A stretch of DNA of 64,000 nt from a bacterium (GTDB lineage Bacteria > Patescibacteriota > Microgenomatia > Levybacterales > UBA12049), in assembly GCA_021813145.1 (NCBI GenBank), contig JAKALS010000001.1:3515-67514 (forward strand), written 5' to 3'. The notes beneath the pieces were generated by a model. The model worked only from the letters and a program-made list of their open reading frames with translations. It was not told the DNA's origin and made no database searches. The translations under genes and the position numbers were made by a program. Of the stretch, positions 37,657 through 47,918 are shown piece after piece (the first letter of the stretch is position 1; each line of letters starts with the position of its first letter).

Positions 37657-39906
37657 TCAAGCTCCGGAATTTGAAGTTAGAAGTTTTTTATATATATCTA
37701 CCAATGCAAAGTAAGCAGGTTTTGGTTGAAATTCTGAATCGAAAATCATAGCATCTGCGGGGTGGCTTGAGCTACCTGGCTGATTATTTTCATACCATTC
37801 ATACTCATCCGTAAAACCACCAATCCCAAAGCTTCCCCCAACGCTTAAGACAGCAGTGGCAATATCCGAATATACCTTTGCTTGGGCTTGGTCAACATTA
37901 GTAACCGTTACAGCTTTTGGTGTAGTAGAATCCCAGGGGTTAACGTCTGATGTTACAACTGTTGTTTCCCCGGAGATTATTTGATAGCCCAAAGCTTTAA
38001 TTTGATTTAGAATATTTAACATATATTGTTCGTTTGGCGGATTATATACCCACATATTATTTTCAAGGCTTGCAATATCTACTGGTATTCCGGCTTGTTT
38101 AAAGTGTTTTAGGAATGACATGTATAATTGTTCTCGTTGAGCCTGATCTTCCTCAAGTATGCCGTCGTCGGTAAATCTCAGCTTTGCTTTCGGATTTGCC
38201 TGATGTGCCCATTCGAATACTTTATCTACAATTCCGTTTCCTAACCTGTTAAACCAAAATTTTTGCTGGTCTGTTCCCCATAACAAAATCGCGGGTACTT
38301 CAGCAGCTCCTTCCCAGTCGTAAATAACATCTTTATATTGCAAAACCTTAGTTTGAACCATAAACCGTAATAGTTCTGTAAGCTGAGAATTTGTAAAATT
38401 ACCATTTATAATAGTTTGAGGAATATCACTATTTCCCAATAGATGTTGAGCGGCTACCGTCATGTGATGTTGTTGGGCAAAGGCAATTACATTATTGGCG
38501 TCTTGCCAATTATAACCAAAATCGCCCGGAACAATTCCATTATTTAGATCCTCCGAAATTTTCGACCAGTTGGATAGAACTTTCTCCCAGTCGGCATTCG
38601 AAAAGTTTTTAAAAACATTAATTGAATCTAATTCTGCAGCAATTACCACTTGGTTTGCCACTGTTTCTATAGTGGAATCATAAGTAGCATCACCAAATTC
38701 TGGTCCGTAAGTAAAAACAGATAAAGTCTTGCCTTCGGCATCCGCATATTCTCTGAGCGTGTAATCTGCGAGACTTTCTTTGTCCGTTGCCCATATCCAG
38801 GAGCTTTGTCCATAGTCATACCTTGCTCTTGCTACAACCTTTCCCGAAGAATCCTCTGCAGCAATTCTGCCATCTTTGAGTTGTACTATTTTATCGTTTG
38901 AGAATTGAGAGGGAAGTTCTGCTATGACAGGATTTGCTTCGGGAACAGGTTTTCCCTGGACTTTAGTTCTTAGGGGGTCGGTGTTAAGGAAGAACGATCC
39001 TTCTGTTTGTCCTATTAGAGTCATAAAATTACTGTCCACCCTTCCGGGAGTAAGAGTGCTTCCGTCTTTGAATAATATTTCCTGAGCTTTATCATCGTAG
39101 CTTCCTCCTACCCTTGCCAGTATATCCTGAAGGGAAGTTCCTTCGGTTTGGCCCTGAGAGAGAAGGGGAATAGATGCAAGGTACATTTTCGGACTTTTAT
39201 CTTTTGTTCTTGTAGTATCATCGAAAGCGACAACCGCCTCGTTTCCAAATAACCCCAGAAGTGTCATATTAGCGCCTTTTTGTATTGTCATATTTTGAGG
39301 CTTTGCGTCTTTTATCACCAGAGAGCTCTGATCTCCCGGTAGGCTATTTAGATTGAATCTCGCGAGCTTCAAGTCGAGACCGGGAAACATCTCGGAAAGA
39401 TCAACGGTTCCCGTTTGTTTAGACATTTCAACTGCAGATAAAGTAAATATTAATTCCGTCACTGGGTCTCCTGAAAGACTAAAAGCATTGGATAATTGCT
39501 CATTCCACATTGATGAACTTGCCGATAATATATCCTTTATAGCTGTTTTTTGTCCGCCTATATTAAACGTTGCAGAATCACTTACGTTTTCAAAAGGTTT
39601 TGTAAAAAGATCTGTGGTTATATCAACCGCAACAGGTCTTGCTGTTTCCGGGGCAAAAGAACTGCTAATTTCACCAGAAGTCTTGTCAGGGTTTAACGAA
39701 TGTAGGGCAGGTGTTTCTGTAGGAGTGGCGCCGCCGCAGGCCGCAAGAAAAAGATCTGCAGCGAGTAATGTTCCTCCTGCTTTTAATGCCCCCTGAAGAA
39801 CTCGTCTTCTTGAAACAGGTTTTTTAAGAAAATCCTCCGAAAAATTTTCAGTGCCGGAGTTAATCTTTTGATCGACTCTATTGATTTGCTCGGAAATACT
39901 TCCCAT
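37657..39906 (-). CDS. Tat-signal lipoprotein with a C-terminal glycoside-hydrolase-like (TIM-barrel, GH10-like) region
   Basis: SRRRVLQGALKAGGTLLAADLFLAACGG gives a twin-arginine motif plus an LAAC lipobox. C-terminal half has YDWEGAAE and IISGETTVV segments reminiscent of the GH catalytic-Glu motifs (weak). Confidence 0.45.
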   Translation of the reverse strand: MGSISEQINRVDQKINSGTENFSEDFLKKPVSRRRVLQGALKAGGTLLAADLFLAACGGATPTETPALHSLNPDKTSGEISSSFAPETARPVAVDITTDLFTKPFENVSDSATFNIGGQKTAIKDILSASSSMWNEQLSNAFSLSGDPVTELIFTLSAVEMSKQTGTVDLSEMFPGLDLKLARFNLNSLPGDQSSLVIKDAKPQNMTIQKGANMTLLGLFGNEAVVAFDDTTRTKDKSPKMYLASIPLLSQGQTEGTSLQDILARVGGSYDDKAQEILFKDGSTLTPGRVDSNFMTLIGQTEGSFFLNTDPLRTKVQGKPVPEANPVIAELPSQFSNDKIVQLKDGRIAAEDSSGKVVARARYDYGQSSWIWATDKESLADYTLREYADAEGKTLSVFTYGPEFGDATYDSTIETVANQVVIAAELDSINVFKNFSNADWEKVLSNWSKISEDLNNGIVPGDFGYNWQDANNVIAFAQQHHMTVAAQHLLGNSDIPQTIINGNFTNSQLTELLRFMVQTKVLQYKDVIYDWEGAAEVPAILLWGTDQQKFWFNRLGNGIVDKVFEWAHQANPKAKLRFTDDGILEEDQAQREQLYMSFLKHFKQAGIPVDIASLENNMWVYNPPNEQYMLNILNQIKALGYQIISGETTVVTSDVNPWDSTTPKAVTVTNVDQAQAKVYSDIATAVLSVGGSFGIGGFTDEYEWYENNQPGSSSHPADAMIFDSEFQPKPAYFALVDIYKKLLTSNSGA

Positions 39907-39948
39907 AAAAGAGCAGTAGCCGAATTATCGCATAGAGGTTGTTTTAAG

Positions 39949-41067
39949 TCAAATCAGTCTATTTATCAATTTAGAATATTCATTTAACATATTTTCTTTT
40001 GAGAAACTTTTGCTTCTTTCCAAAGACTTTTTGCTATAAAACTTTTGGTTTTTAGTCTTTAAAATTGTATTCATGGCATTTTTCATTTCCTCTTTGTTCC
40101 CGATAGGCACAAGAAGACCAAATTCGTTTTTTCCTATTATTTCTGATGGTCCATAGGCCGCATCAGTGGAGATAATAGGAAGACCGTAAGACATTGCTTC
40201 CAGGAGTACGTAGGGTAAACCTTCTCTTCTACTTGAAAGAATAAATAAAGAAGAGCTTTTAAAAATTGTGCTCAAATTTTGCTTCCATCCTAAAAATTTT
40301 ATTTTTTGATTACCTTTTGAATATTCCTGAAGCTCCTTTTTTTGAGGGCCGTCTCCGGCTACTAAAAGTTTATATTGAGGTAGTTTTTCGGATAAAATTT
40401 TGAATGCGTCTATTAGGGTAAAAAAATCTTTTTGTTCTACAAACCTTCCTGCCGAAAAAATTATTTTACCCTTTGTATTTTTTATTCTTCCTTTTGTATC
40501 GATACCTATATAAATAGTGTTAATCTTTTTTCTAATATTAAAATCTCTTTTTATCTCTACGGCAAGCTCTTTCGATACGGAAACAAGTGCATCTGCTCTG
40601 TTATAGGTAAATCTTACCAACAAGCTTAGAATTAAGTTAACCGGAAAAACAGATTTGTTTTTTATAGTTTCCATCAAGTTAATATGAAATGAGAAAATAA
40701 TTTTGAATTTATTTAATAATAAAACTTTCTCAAAATAAGAAAGAATATTGCAGTGAAGATCTATGCTTAAAATAACGTCGGGTTCTATTTTAGACAGTTT
40801 ACTTCTAAGGATTAAAATTTCATAAAAAAAATTGAATATATTTCTAAATGATAAAAAATATTTCTGGGGATAAAATTTTTGTGGGTTAATAAATATTATA
40901 TCTTTATTTATTATTTTGCGAAAACTTGGCTTTTCAAGAACAACTATTTGTATTTGCGTATTTTTTCCAACTATTTTTTTAAGATCCAGAAGATCAAGTA
41001 CGAAACTTCCTGTTCCTCCATCTATGCTTTTCACCAACAATACAATTTTTATATTGCCTCTGCTCAT
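39949..41067 (-). CDS. GT4-family (GT-B) glycosyltransferase
   Basis: C-terminal EGLPYVLLEAMSYGLPIISTD (E-x7-E motif region). Confidence 0.7.
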   Translation of the reverse strand: MSRGNIKIVLLVKSIDGGTGSFVLDLLDLKKIVGKNTQIQIVVLEKPSFRKIINKDIIFINPQKFYPQKYFLSFRNIFNFFYEILILRSKLSKIEPDVILSIDLHCNILSYFEKVLLLNKFKIIFSFHINLMETIKNKSVFPVNLILSLLVRFTYNRADALVSVSKELAVEIKRDFNIRKKINTIYIGIDTKGRIKNTKGKIIFSAGRFVEQKDFFTLIDAFKILSEKLPQYKLLVAGDGPQKKELQEYSKGNQKIKFLGWKQNLSTIFKSSSLFILSSRREGLPYVLLEAMSYGLPIISTDAAYGPSEIIGKNEFGLLVPIGNKEEMKNAMNTILKTKNQKFYSKKSLERSKSFSKENMLNEYSKLINRLI

Positions 41068-41134
41068 TAATCGGATTATACAATATATTTTTTGCTTTTA
41101 AGGAAAGTAGGGATATGCTAAACTAGCAAAATAG

Positions 41135-42391
41135 ATGAGAAAGAACAGAAAAAGCAGGAAAATAGCATTTGTCACTCATATGTATTATCCTTCTAATCTT
41201 ACGGGTTCATGTATCACTGTAGATAATTTGGCAAAATCTTTTCTAGATAAAGGGTATGATGTTTCGGTTATAGCTTCAACAGCACTGGAGAAAAGATACT
41301 ATTATATCCCTTTCTATTTTAGGAACTCCTCTAGAAGATTTGAGATAATTAACGGTATAAAAGTATACAGATTAGGTTGTAATCAGCTAATTTCATTTTT
41401 TGCTTATTTTGTTAGGCAATTTAAAGTAATTTTGCCGAAAAATTTTTTTAATAAGGTTGATTTTGTAAGTAGGGGGCCATATTTGGTAGGTTTATATGAT
41501 TTATTAAACAAAGAAAGATTTGATGTTATTTTCACATCTCCTTTGCCGTACTATTTGACTAAACAAGTAGCGGATACTTTAGAGAGATTGGATAAAAGAC
41601 CTCTGTTTATATTAAAACCGGAATATCATTTTATGCTTCAAGACTACAATAACCCTGAGTTTAAAAGGGTATTCGAAGCAGCGGACATTATTAATGTATG
41701 GACAAAATCAGAACTATTCGCGATAGAAAAACGGTATTCGATTAGAAGAGATAGAATTAAAATAATACAAAATGCTTTGGCTGGAAGCAGGATAAGAAAT
41801 AGGATTGATAGAGAGGAAAGAAACAGTTTTATTAGGAAATATAAACTCAAGAATAGAAAAATAATTCTATACGCGGGCGTTAAATCCAAATTTAAAGGGG
41901 CACTATTTTTGATGAAAACGGTAAACAAGTTATATAAGAAAGATAAATCTTATTTACTGATTGCTCTTGGACAGGATACTTTTGTATGGAATTTAAACAA
42001 AAGAAACATTAATAAGAATTGTCTATTGGATCTAGGTTATGTGAACAGTGAAGTGAAAGATAGAATATTTGACATTGCTGATATTTATTGTATGCCTTCA
42101 ATAAGCGAAGCGCTTGGAATATCTTATTTGGAAGCTTGGTATAGAAAAAAGCCGGTTATATCTGCAAAATCTCCCGTTGCAGAAGAAGTTATAGGATCCT
42201 CTAACGGGGGATTATTGGTAGAGTTCGGAAATCAAATTGCCTTGGAAAATGCTATAGAAACATTGTTTGGTAACAAAAGAATGGCAACAGAACTCGGTAA
42301 AAATGGATATAGATCATTGATGAACACGTATATTTTTGAGAAGGGTATTAGTAAATACTTAAAACTTTTCAATTTAAAATCAGGAAACTAG
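41135..42391 (+). CDS. GT4-family (GT-B) glycosyltransferase
   Basis: SEALGISYLEAWYRKKPVISAK with a GT-B C-terminal domain pattern. Confidence 0.6.
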   Translation: MRKNRKSRKIAFVTHMYYPSNLTGSCITVDNLAKSFLDKGYDVSVIASTALEKRYYYIPFYFRNSSRRFEIINGIKVYRLGCNQLISFFAYFVRQFKVILPKNFFNKVDFVSRGPYLVGLYDLLNKERFDVIFTSPLPYYLTKQVADTLERLDKRPLFILKPEYHFMLQDYNNPEFKRVFEAADIINVWTKSELFAIEKRYSIRRDRIKIIQNALAGSRIRNRIDREERNSFIRKYKLKNRKIILYAGVKSKFKGALFLMKTVNKLYKKDKSYLLIALGQDTFVWNLNKRNINKNCLLDLGYVNSEVKDRIFDIADIYCMPSISEALGISYLEAWYRKKPVISAKSPVAEEVIGSSNGGLLVEFGNQIALENAIETLFGNKRMATELGKNGYRSLMNTYIFEKGISKYLKLFNLKSGN

Positions 42392-43642
42392 ATGAAAAAA
42401 TTTTTAGAGGGTTTGTTTTATTTAAGTATATTATTGGTTATTTTGCCGTCATTTAAGGCAATATCTCTATTCCCAAGTTCACATGCTTTAGCAGGCTTAA
42501 TGTGGGCCGCTCTCTTTATATTTGTTTTGTATAAGAGTTTTAAAGAAAAATTAGACTTGATTTCGCATAATAGTTTATTTAAATATTTTTTCATATTTTT
42601 CGTATTTCAGTCACTATCGGTAATAAACGTAGTAAATTTTGGATCATTTTTATCTACATTTGAAAAAATATTTTTTTCCGGCATATTAGTTTTTATATCA
42701 AGCTATTTTATAAAAGATTTGAAAAGCATAAATAAGATTATATTTGTATTGTTTTTAGCATCAGCAATAAATCTACTATTGCAGGTTCTTATGTTTTTCA
42801 ATTATCAGCTTTTTCTTTATTTTGGGGGAATTTTCTTAAATAAAAGTTACCTTGATTTGATATCGGTTAATATACAAAGAGGAAGAGTTTATCTCGAAAG
42901 CTATGATGAAATGTTGATCCCTTTAATTTTGTATTTTTGGATGCAGAATAAAAATAGAAAGTTTTTGATTTGGTTTGCCTTTCTTATTCCAATTATTTCC
43001 TTTATTTCTCTATTCAGAACAAAAATTATAATGCTGGCTTTCGCACTACTTGGCTCCATGATTCTCTTTTTAAGAGAAATTAAAAGGTATTATTTAATAC
43101 CCATTGGTATAAGCGTAATAATTTTTTCTCTGTATTGGTTTTTATCTAGCCTTCAGTTTTATACGGTTTTTGACAGGCTTACCTTACAATACAGTTCGGA
43201 TCAAGGAACTATTGCAAGCAGAATAGAAAGATGGGGATTTGCTTTAGATATGGGCATTTCGTCCCCGGCTTTTGGCGTAGGACTCGGAAATTATTATGAT
43301 TATCTTCCGTCTAATAAACAGCAAAGCATAAGCACATACCAACTTGCGAATCAGGAATATGATATTGCGGCGCAGGATCCGCATAATGTTTTTTTCAGTA
43401 CTTTTGCGGAAACGGGTACCCTTGGTTTGGGAACTTTTACCTTATTGCTTCTTTATTTTATAAAAGTAGATTTTGAAGTGCTGAAAAATAAAAAGAATGG
43501 GTTGGGGAAGGCTTTCGTAATTTCATTTTGGACTTTGTTTTTATATTCTCTTGCCAATCCCTCCTCGTCAATTACCTATCAGAGTTTATTTTGGTTAACA
43601 AGAGTTGCTATTTATAAGCTGAATATAATCGAAGCTTCTTAA
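42392..43642 (+). CDS. O-antigen ligase / Wzy-like polymerase family membrane protein
   Basis: About 10 transmembrane segments. DPHNVFFSTFAETGTLGLG matches the H-N-x-x-x-x-x-x-x-E-x-G-x-x-G signature. Confidence 0.55.
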   Translation: MKKFLEGLFYLSILLVILPSFKAISLFPSSHALAGLMWAALFIFVLYKSFKEKLDLISHNSLFKYFFIFFVFQSLSVINVVNFGSFLSTFEKIFFSGILVFISSYFIKDLKSINKIIFVLFLASAINLLLQVLMFFNYQLFLYFGGIFLNKSYLDLISVNIQRGRVYLESYDEMLIPLILYFWMQNKNRKFLIWFAFLIPIISFISLFRTKIIMLAFALLGSMILFLREIKRYYLIPIGISVIIFSLYWFLSSLQFYTVFDRLTLQYSSDQGTIASRIERWGFALDMGISSPAFGVGLGNYYDYLPSNKQQSISTYQLANQEYDIAAQDPHNVFFSTFAETGTLGLGTFTLLLLYFIKVDFEVLKNKKNGLGKAFVISFWTLFLYSLANPSSSITYQSLFWLTRVAIYKLNIIEAS

Positions 43643-43643
43643 A

Positions 43644-44483
43644 TCATTTAATAGCGCTAATTACGAAATCGTTAAGATTTAGTCCATTATTCGTAGACAA
43701 GTTTAATTTATCGCCTAATTGTACAAGTTGATCACCGCCAAAGATAAGTTGGTTATTTTTTTCAAGTAATTTCATTTTTGCAATTATTACTATATCTTGA
43801 GTTGTGTCGGTTGACCCTTCGGATACCTGGCTTGTAAAATTGTTAACTACGGCGAATACATTTTGTTCCAGTTTTTTATCGGTTACTTGAAATACCGATT
43901 GGTTTCCGTTGTAATAACTGTCTCCGATTTTAATACTGTCGTAAAGATAGGGAGCGCTTTTTCTATATGCAGCGGGATCAACCAAGTAAATTGTTTTTTC
44001 GACATATTTGTCTTGGGGAGGCGTTACGCCTAAATACAGGATTGTTCCAATAACATGGGAAGTTGGAAAACTTAGTGTAATAGGAGAGCCTACCGCAATA
44101 GGCGATCTTTGGAAGGAATAGCTTCCTGTAGTTTTATCGTAACCTGCCTGAAGTTTTAAGTTTAAAAAAATATCAAACTGATTATCGGCAAGAGAAGACG
44201 GGTAATATGTTACATTCAGTATTTCTGCTTCGGGTTGGCCTAAAATACCCGTTTGTATTTCTCCGTTATGCAACGAATCTACAATCCAAATATCGGGTCT
44301 TGAGTAATAGGATTCTGGATAATTTATCTCTACTTTTGCATAGATGTAATTTGTTTTGGACAAGAAATTTTTATATAACCCGACCAGTAAAGTTAAAACA
44401 ATTATTACAATAAAAGCCAAAAGTAAATAGTTTTTTTTTACAAAAACTATAATTTCCTTCGTTTGTTTATTTCTTAATCTCAT
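43644..44483 (-). CDS. hypothetical signal-anchored protein
   Basis: N-terminal transmembrane segment LLLAFIVIIVLTLLVGLY followed by a beta-rich domain. Confidence 0.4.
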   Translation of the reverse strand: MRLRNKQTKEIIVFVKKNYLLLAFIVIIVLTLLVGLYKNFLSKTNYIYAKVEINYPESYYSRPDIWIVDSLHNGEIQTGILGQPEAEILNVTYYPSSLADNQFDIFLNLKLQAGYDKTTGSYSFQRSPIAVGSPITLSFPTSHVIGTILYLGVTPPQDKYVEKTIYLVDPAAYRKSAPYLYDSIKIGDSYYNGNQSVFQVTDKKLEQNVFAVVNNFTSQVSEGSTDTTQDIVIIAKMKLLEKNNQLIFGGDQLVQLGDKLNLSTNNGLNLNDFVISAIK

Positions 44484-44529
44484 TTATTTTTTTAGGGTTA
44501 TTTAACGTAGAATTATATTATAATAAGAA

Positions 44530-46101
44530 ATGAATAAAAGCAATAGAATGCAACATCATCAGAAAAAAATCCTAACTAAGTTAATCCGCATCAACAGAAT
44601 TAGCATTCTTTTCTTGTTTATAACTGTACTAGGTTTCATTTTAAGGTTGTATTTTATATTCTCAAATGACATTTTTACAGATGAGGTTTTTTATACCCAA
44701 ATTGCGAGGCAAACTAGTTTTATTAATTTGCTTACACACAATTTTTGGATTAAGGATCATGGAATACTATATCCATTATTTTTAAAGCTGGCTCAGTGTT
44801 TAACTACAAATATCGTTTTATTAAGGACTACTAATTTATTAATATTTTTAATAATCTCGTTTGCTTTATTTAATTTTTTTCAAAAAATTAGTAAAAGCGT
44901 AAATTCTCTCATACCTATATTTCTATTTTCATTTTTGCCATATTTTATTTACATAAACAGTTCCGTTACCATCTATAATTTCGTAATGCTTTTTTCGATA
45001 TTAGCATTTATTTATGTTTCAAACCTTATATTGTTTTCTACAACTAGAGAAGAAAAATTACGTAACCCGATATTATTTCTTATCTTTTCTACATTAGCAT
45101 TTTATTCGGATTATTCGGTTGTATATTTTTATTTGCCATTAATTACATTATTATTTCTCGTTTTGAATTGGCGGAATAAAGAAGCGGAAAACTTGACGTT
45201 GTTGGGTTTTTTAAACCTAATTTTAATTTCCCCAGGGATTTTCCAGTTAATGGGTACCTTTAATAAATTCTATGCTCTAAACGGAATTTCGAGTATAGCA
45301 AATTTAAATATAATTTCATTTTTTGATAAGTTTGCAAATGTCATACTTTTTAAGTCTCAATTTTATATTTCGGAGATATTACTACTGATGCTCGTACTTT
45401 CACTGCTTTTTTTAGTTCTTAGATCAAAAAAAATAACTATACAATATTTAGCCTATTTTGGTTTAACTGGTTTCGTAATAGATTTTATATTTTTATATAT
45501 ATTTAATTCTATTTATTTCCAGATTTTTCTTGAAAGGACTTTTTGGTTTTTTAATTTCTTATTAATTTTGGGTATTTATAGTATTTCGGGTTTTTTATCA
45601 AACTTTAAAAAGTTAGCATTTATCATCTTAATGATGGTAATTGTATTTATAAAGGTTTATATAATTACATACCAACCTCCCATAATTATGAATCCGTATA
45701 TTGACTACAAGGACTTCGTTACTAAATTAGTTTCGGAAATGAATGGTAAAAATTCAACTATTATTTTAGTTGATAGAAAAGGAACAGATTTCGGAGTTCC
45801 CCTAACTAATTATTATTTTCAGGGTTTAAGCTTGTCTCAAAAAGAAAGAACAATAAATATAAATTTATACTCGAAACTTAGCTTATTATATAATGTAAAA
45901 AGTTCTACCGAAGCAGAATTCGTTTTGCCCGAAGCTGGAAACGTAATTTTTATCATTTTTGAGTTTGACGATAATAGATACTACGCATTTAGGAACGCGA
46001 TAACTAATTTTATAGGAAACAATGGATTGCGTTTGAATACGGTTTATTTTAGATTAGAATGTAAGCAAAGCAACTATTGCTATTTTAATCGAGAATTGTA
46101 A
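44530..46101 (+). CDS. polytopic membrane protein, probable GT-C-like glycosyltransferase
   Basis: Multiple transmembrane segments. N-terminal DEVFYTQIAR loop. Glycan-island context. Confidence 0.4.
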   Translation: MNKSNRMQHHQKKILTKLIRINRISILFLFITVLGFILRLYFIFSNDIFTDEVFYTQIARQTSFINLLTHNFWIKDHGILYPLFLKLAQCLTTNIVLLRTTNLLIFLIISFALFNFFQKISKSVNSLIPIFLFSFLPYFIYINSSVTIYNFVMLFSILAFIYVSNLILFSTTREEKLRNPILFLIFSTLAFYSDYSVVYFYLPLITLLFLVLNWRNKEAENLTLLGFLNLILISPGIFQLMGTFNKFYALNGISSIANLNIISFFDKFANVILFKSQFYISEILLLMLVLSLLFLVLRSKKITIQYLAYFGLTGFVIDFIFLYIFNSIYFQIFLERTFWFFNFLLILGIYSISGFLSNFKKLAFIILMMVIVFIKVYIITYQPPIIMNPYIDYKDFVTKLVSEMNGKNSTIILVDRKGTDFGVPLTNYYFQGLSLSQKERTININLYSKLSLLYNVKSSTEAEFVLPEAGNVIFIIFEFDDNRYYAFRNAITNFIGNNGLRLNTVYFRLECKQSNYCYFNREL

Positions 46102-46111
46102 AGATGCTAGG

Positions 46112-46843
46112 ATGAATTTGCGACTTTCTATTATACTTCCTACATTCAATGAGAAAAATAACGTTTGTTTACTTATCGCGGGAATAAAAAATGTGTTGTC
46201 AAACTTCGAATATGAAGTAATCATGGTAGACGATAATAGTCCGGATGGAACGTATAAAAAAATAGCTGAAGAATTTGAAAAAGATGGATATGTCAGGGCT
46301 ATATTAAGGAAAAATGAGAGAGGGTTGGGGACGGCGATACTTCACGGAATAAATAATTCAAGATATCCAATTATTGTCGGAATGGACGCAGATTTTAACC
46401 ACCCGCCCGAACTTATCCCTCAGTTATTAAAAGAAATCGAAAATAATGATTTGATAGTTGCCTCCAGATTTGTAAAGGGCGGGGGAATGGAGGAAAAAAG
46501 AAGGTATTATCCTACATTAATCTTTAATAATTTTTTAAAACACATCTTAGGTTTTCCTACGATGGATAATATGAGCGGATTTTATGCCGTAAAACGTGAA
46601 AAACTCTTGCAACTTCCACTTGAAAAGATATATAAAGGTTATGGTGAATATCACCTCCGTTTGGTGTATTCGGCAAAGAAAAAAGGTTTTCGGATAAAAG
46701 AGGTTCCGGTAGTTTATAAAAAAAGAAAATACGGAAAGTCAAAATCCAATCTGCCTAAAATGTTTTTCCTGTATTTATCCGAAGCTTTAAAGTTGAAGTT
46801 ATTTTATGCGAAATTCTTACAGGATTCCGGTTTCAAAGCCTAA
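46112..46843 (+). CDS. GT2-family polyprenyl-phosphate glycosyltransferase (DPM1/ArnC-like)
   Basis: LSIILPTFNEKNN, VIMVDDNSPDGT and GMDADFNHPP (DxD-like) motifs. Confidence 0.75.
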   Translation: MNLRLSIILPTFNEKNNVCLLIAGIKNVLSNFEYEVIMVDDNSPDGTYKKIAEEFEKDGYVRAILRKNERGLGTAILHGINNSRYPIIVGMDADFNHPPELIPQLLKEIENNDLIVASRFVKGGGMEEKRRYYPTLIFNNFLKHILGFPTMDNMSGFYAVKREKLLQLPLEKIYKGYGEYHLRLVYSAKKKGFRIKEVPVVYKKRKYGKSKSNLPKMFFLYLSEALKLKLFYAKFLQDSGFKA

Positions 46844-47918
46844 TTTAACAAAAGAAGATTTTAAAGAGATTAAAAAGACATTTGATTCTTCATGGATTTC
46901 CTCCAAAAGCCCCGTTGTTGAGGAGTTTGAAAAAGCGTTTGCCAAAAAGGTAAGCAAAACAAAATACGCGGTCTCCGTAAACAGCGGTACATCGGCTTTA
47001 TTTCTGGCTTTAAAAAGTTTGGGAGTAGGCGAGGGAGACGAGGTAATAATTCCTTCCCTTACAATGATTGCCTCCATTAATGCCGTAACCTTAACGGGGG
47101 CAACACCGGTTCTTGTAGACTGCAGGTCTTTTGAGGATTTTATCTTTGATTTGGAAGAAGTGGAAAAAAAGATAACAGAAAAAACAAAAGTAATAATGCC
47201 CGTACACCTTTATGGATACTCCTGCGAAATGGATAAGCTTGTAAAACTTGCCAAAGAAAAAAAGATTTATATCGTAGAAGACGCGGCAGAAAGCATGGGC
47301 GCAACTTATAAAGCGAAATTTTTGGGAAGTTTTGGAGACGCTTCCTGCTTTTCTTTATACTCCAATAAAATCATTACGACGGGAAACGGGGGAATGGTTG
47401 CCACTAATAACAAAAAGCTTTTTGACCTTTTAAGAAAGATAAGGTTTTTTGATTTTAACGAAGATTCCCATTTTACCCACCATGTCATCGGCTATAACAT
47501 GGTTCTTTCCGGCCTTTCGGCCGCCCTGGGCCTTTCCCAGACCAAAAGGTTTGATAAGATGCTTGCAAAAAGAAGGGAAATCTTCAAAACCTATAAAAAA
47601 TATCTTATAAAAGGGGACAAATATTTTATTCCCGAGCCTTTAAAAAACCAGAACCCCAATTTCTGGTTTCCCGCAGTAATTTTTAAAAGCAAAAAGACAA
47701 AAGAAAAAGTAAGACTGGGGCTTTTAAAAAGGGGGATAGAAACAAGAGTTTTTTTCCGTCCGCTTAATACCCAGCCCGTATATAAAGATTTGTTTAAAGG
47801 TCAAAAATACGAAAAAGCGGAGTTTTTATATTCGAACGGTTTACTTTTGCCTTCTTTTTACGAGCTTAAGGAAAGTCAGATAAAAGAGATAACTTCTTTA
47901 ATAAATTCTTTTGTTTAG
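46806..47918 (+). CDS. DegT/DnrJ/EryC1/StrS-family PLP-dependent sugar aminotransferase
   Basis: SWISSKSPVVEEFEKAFA...AVSVNSGTSALFLAL pattern. A Lys-containing SxxSNK-like block (SLYSNKIITTG). Confidence 0.75.
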   Translation: MRNSYRIPVSKPNLTKEDFKEIKKTFDSSWISSKSPVVEEFEKAFAKKVSKTKYAVSVNSGTSALFLALKSLGVGEGDEVIIPSLTMIASINAVTLTGATPVLVDCRSFEDFIFDLEEVEKKITEKTKVIMPVHLYGYSCEMDKLVKLAKEKKIYIVEDAAESMGATYKAKFLGSFGDASCFSLYSNKIITTGNGGMVATNNKKLFDLLRKIRFFDFNEDSHFTHHVIGYNMVLSGLSAALGLSQTKRFDKMLAKRREIFKTYKKYLIKGDKYFIPEPLKNQNPNFWFPAVIFKSKKTKEKVRLGLLKRGIETRVFFRPLNTQPVYKDLFKGQKYEKAEFLYSNGLLLPSFYELKESQIKEITSLINSFV

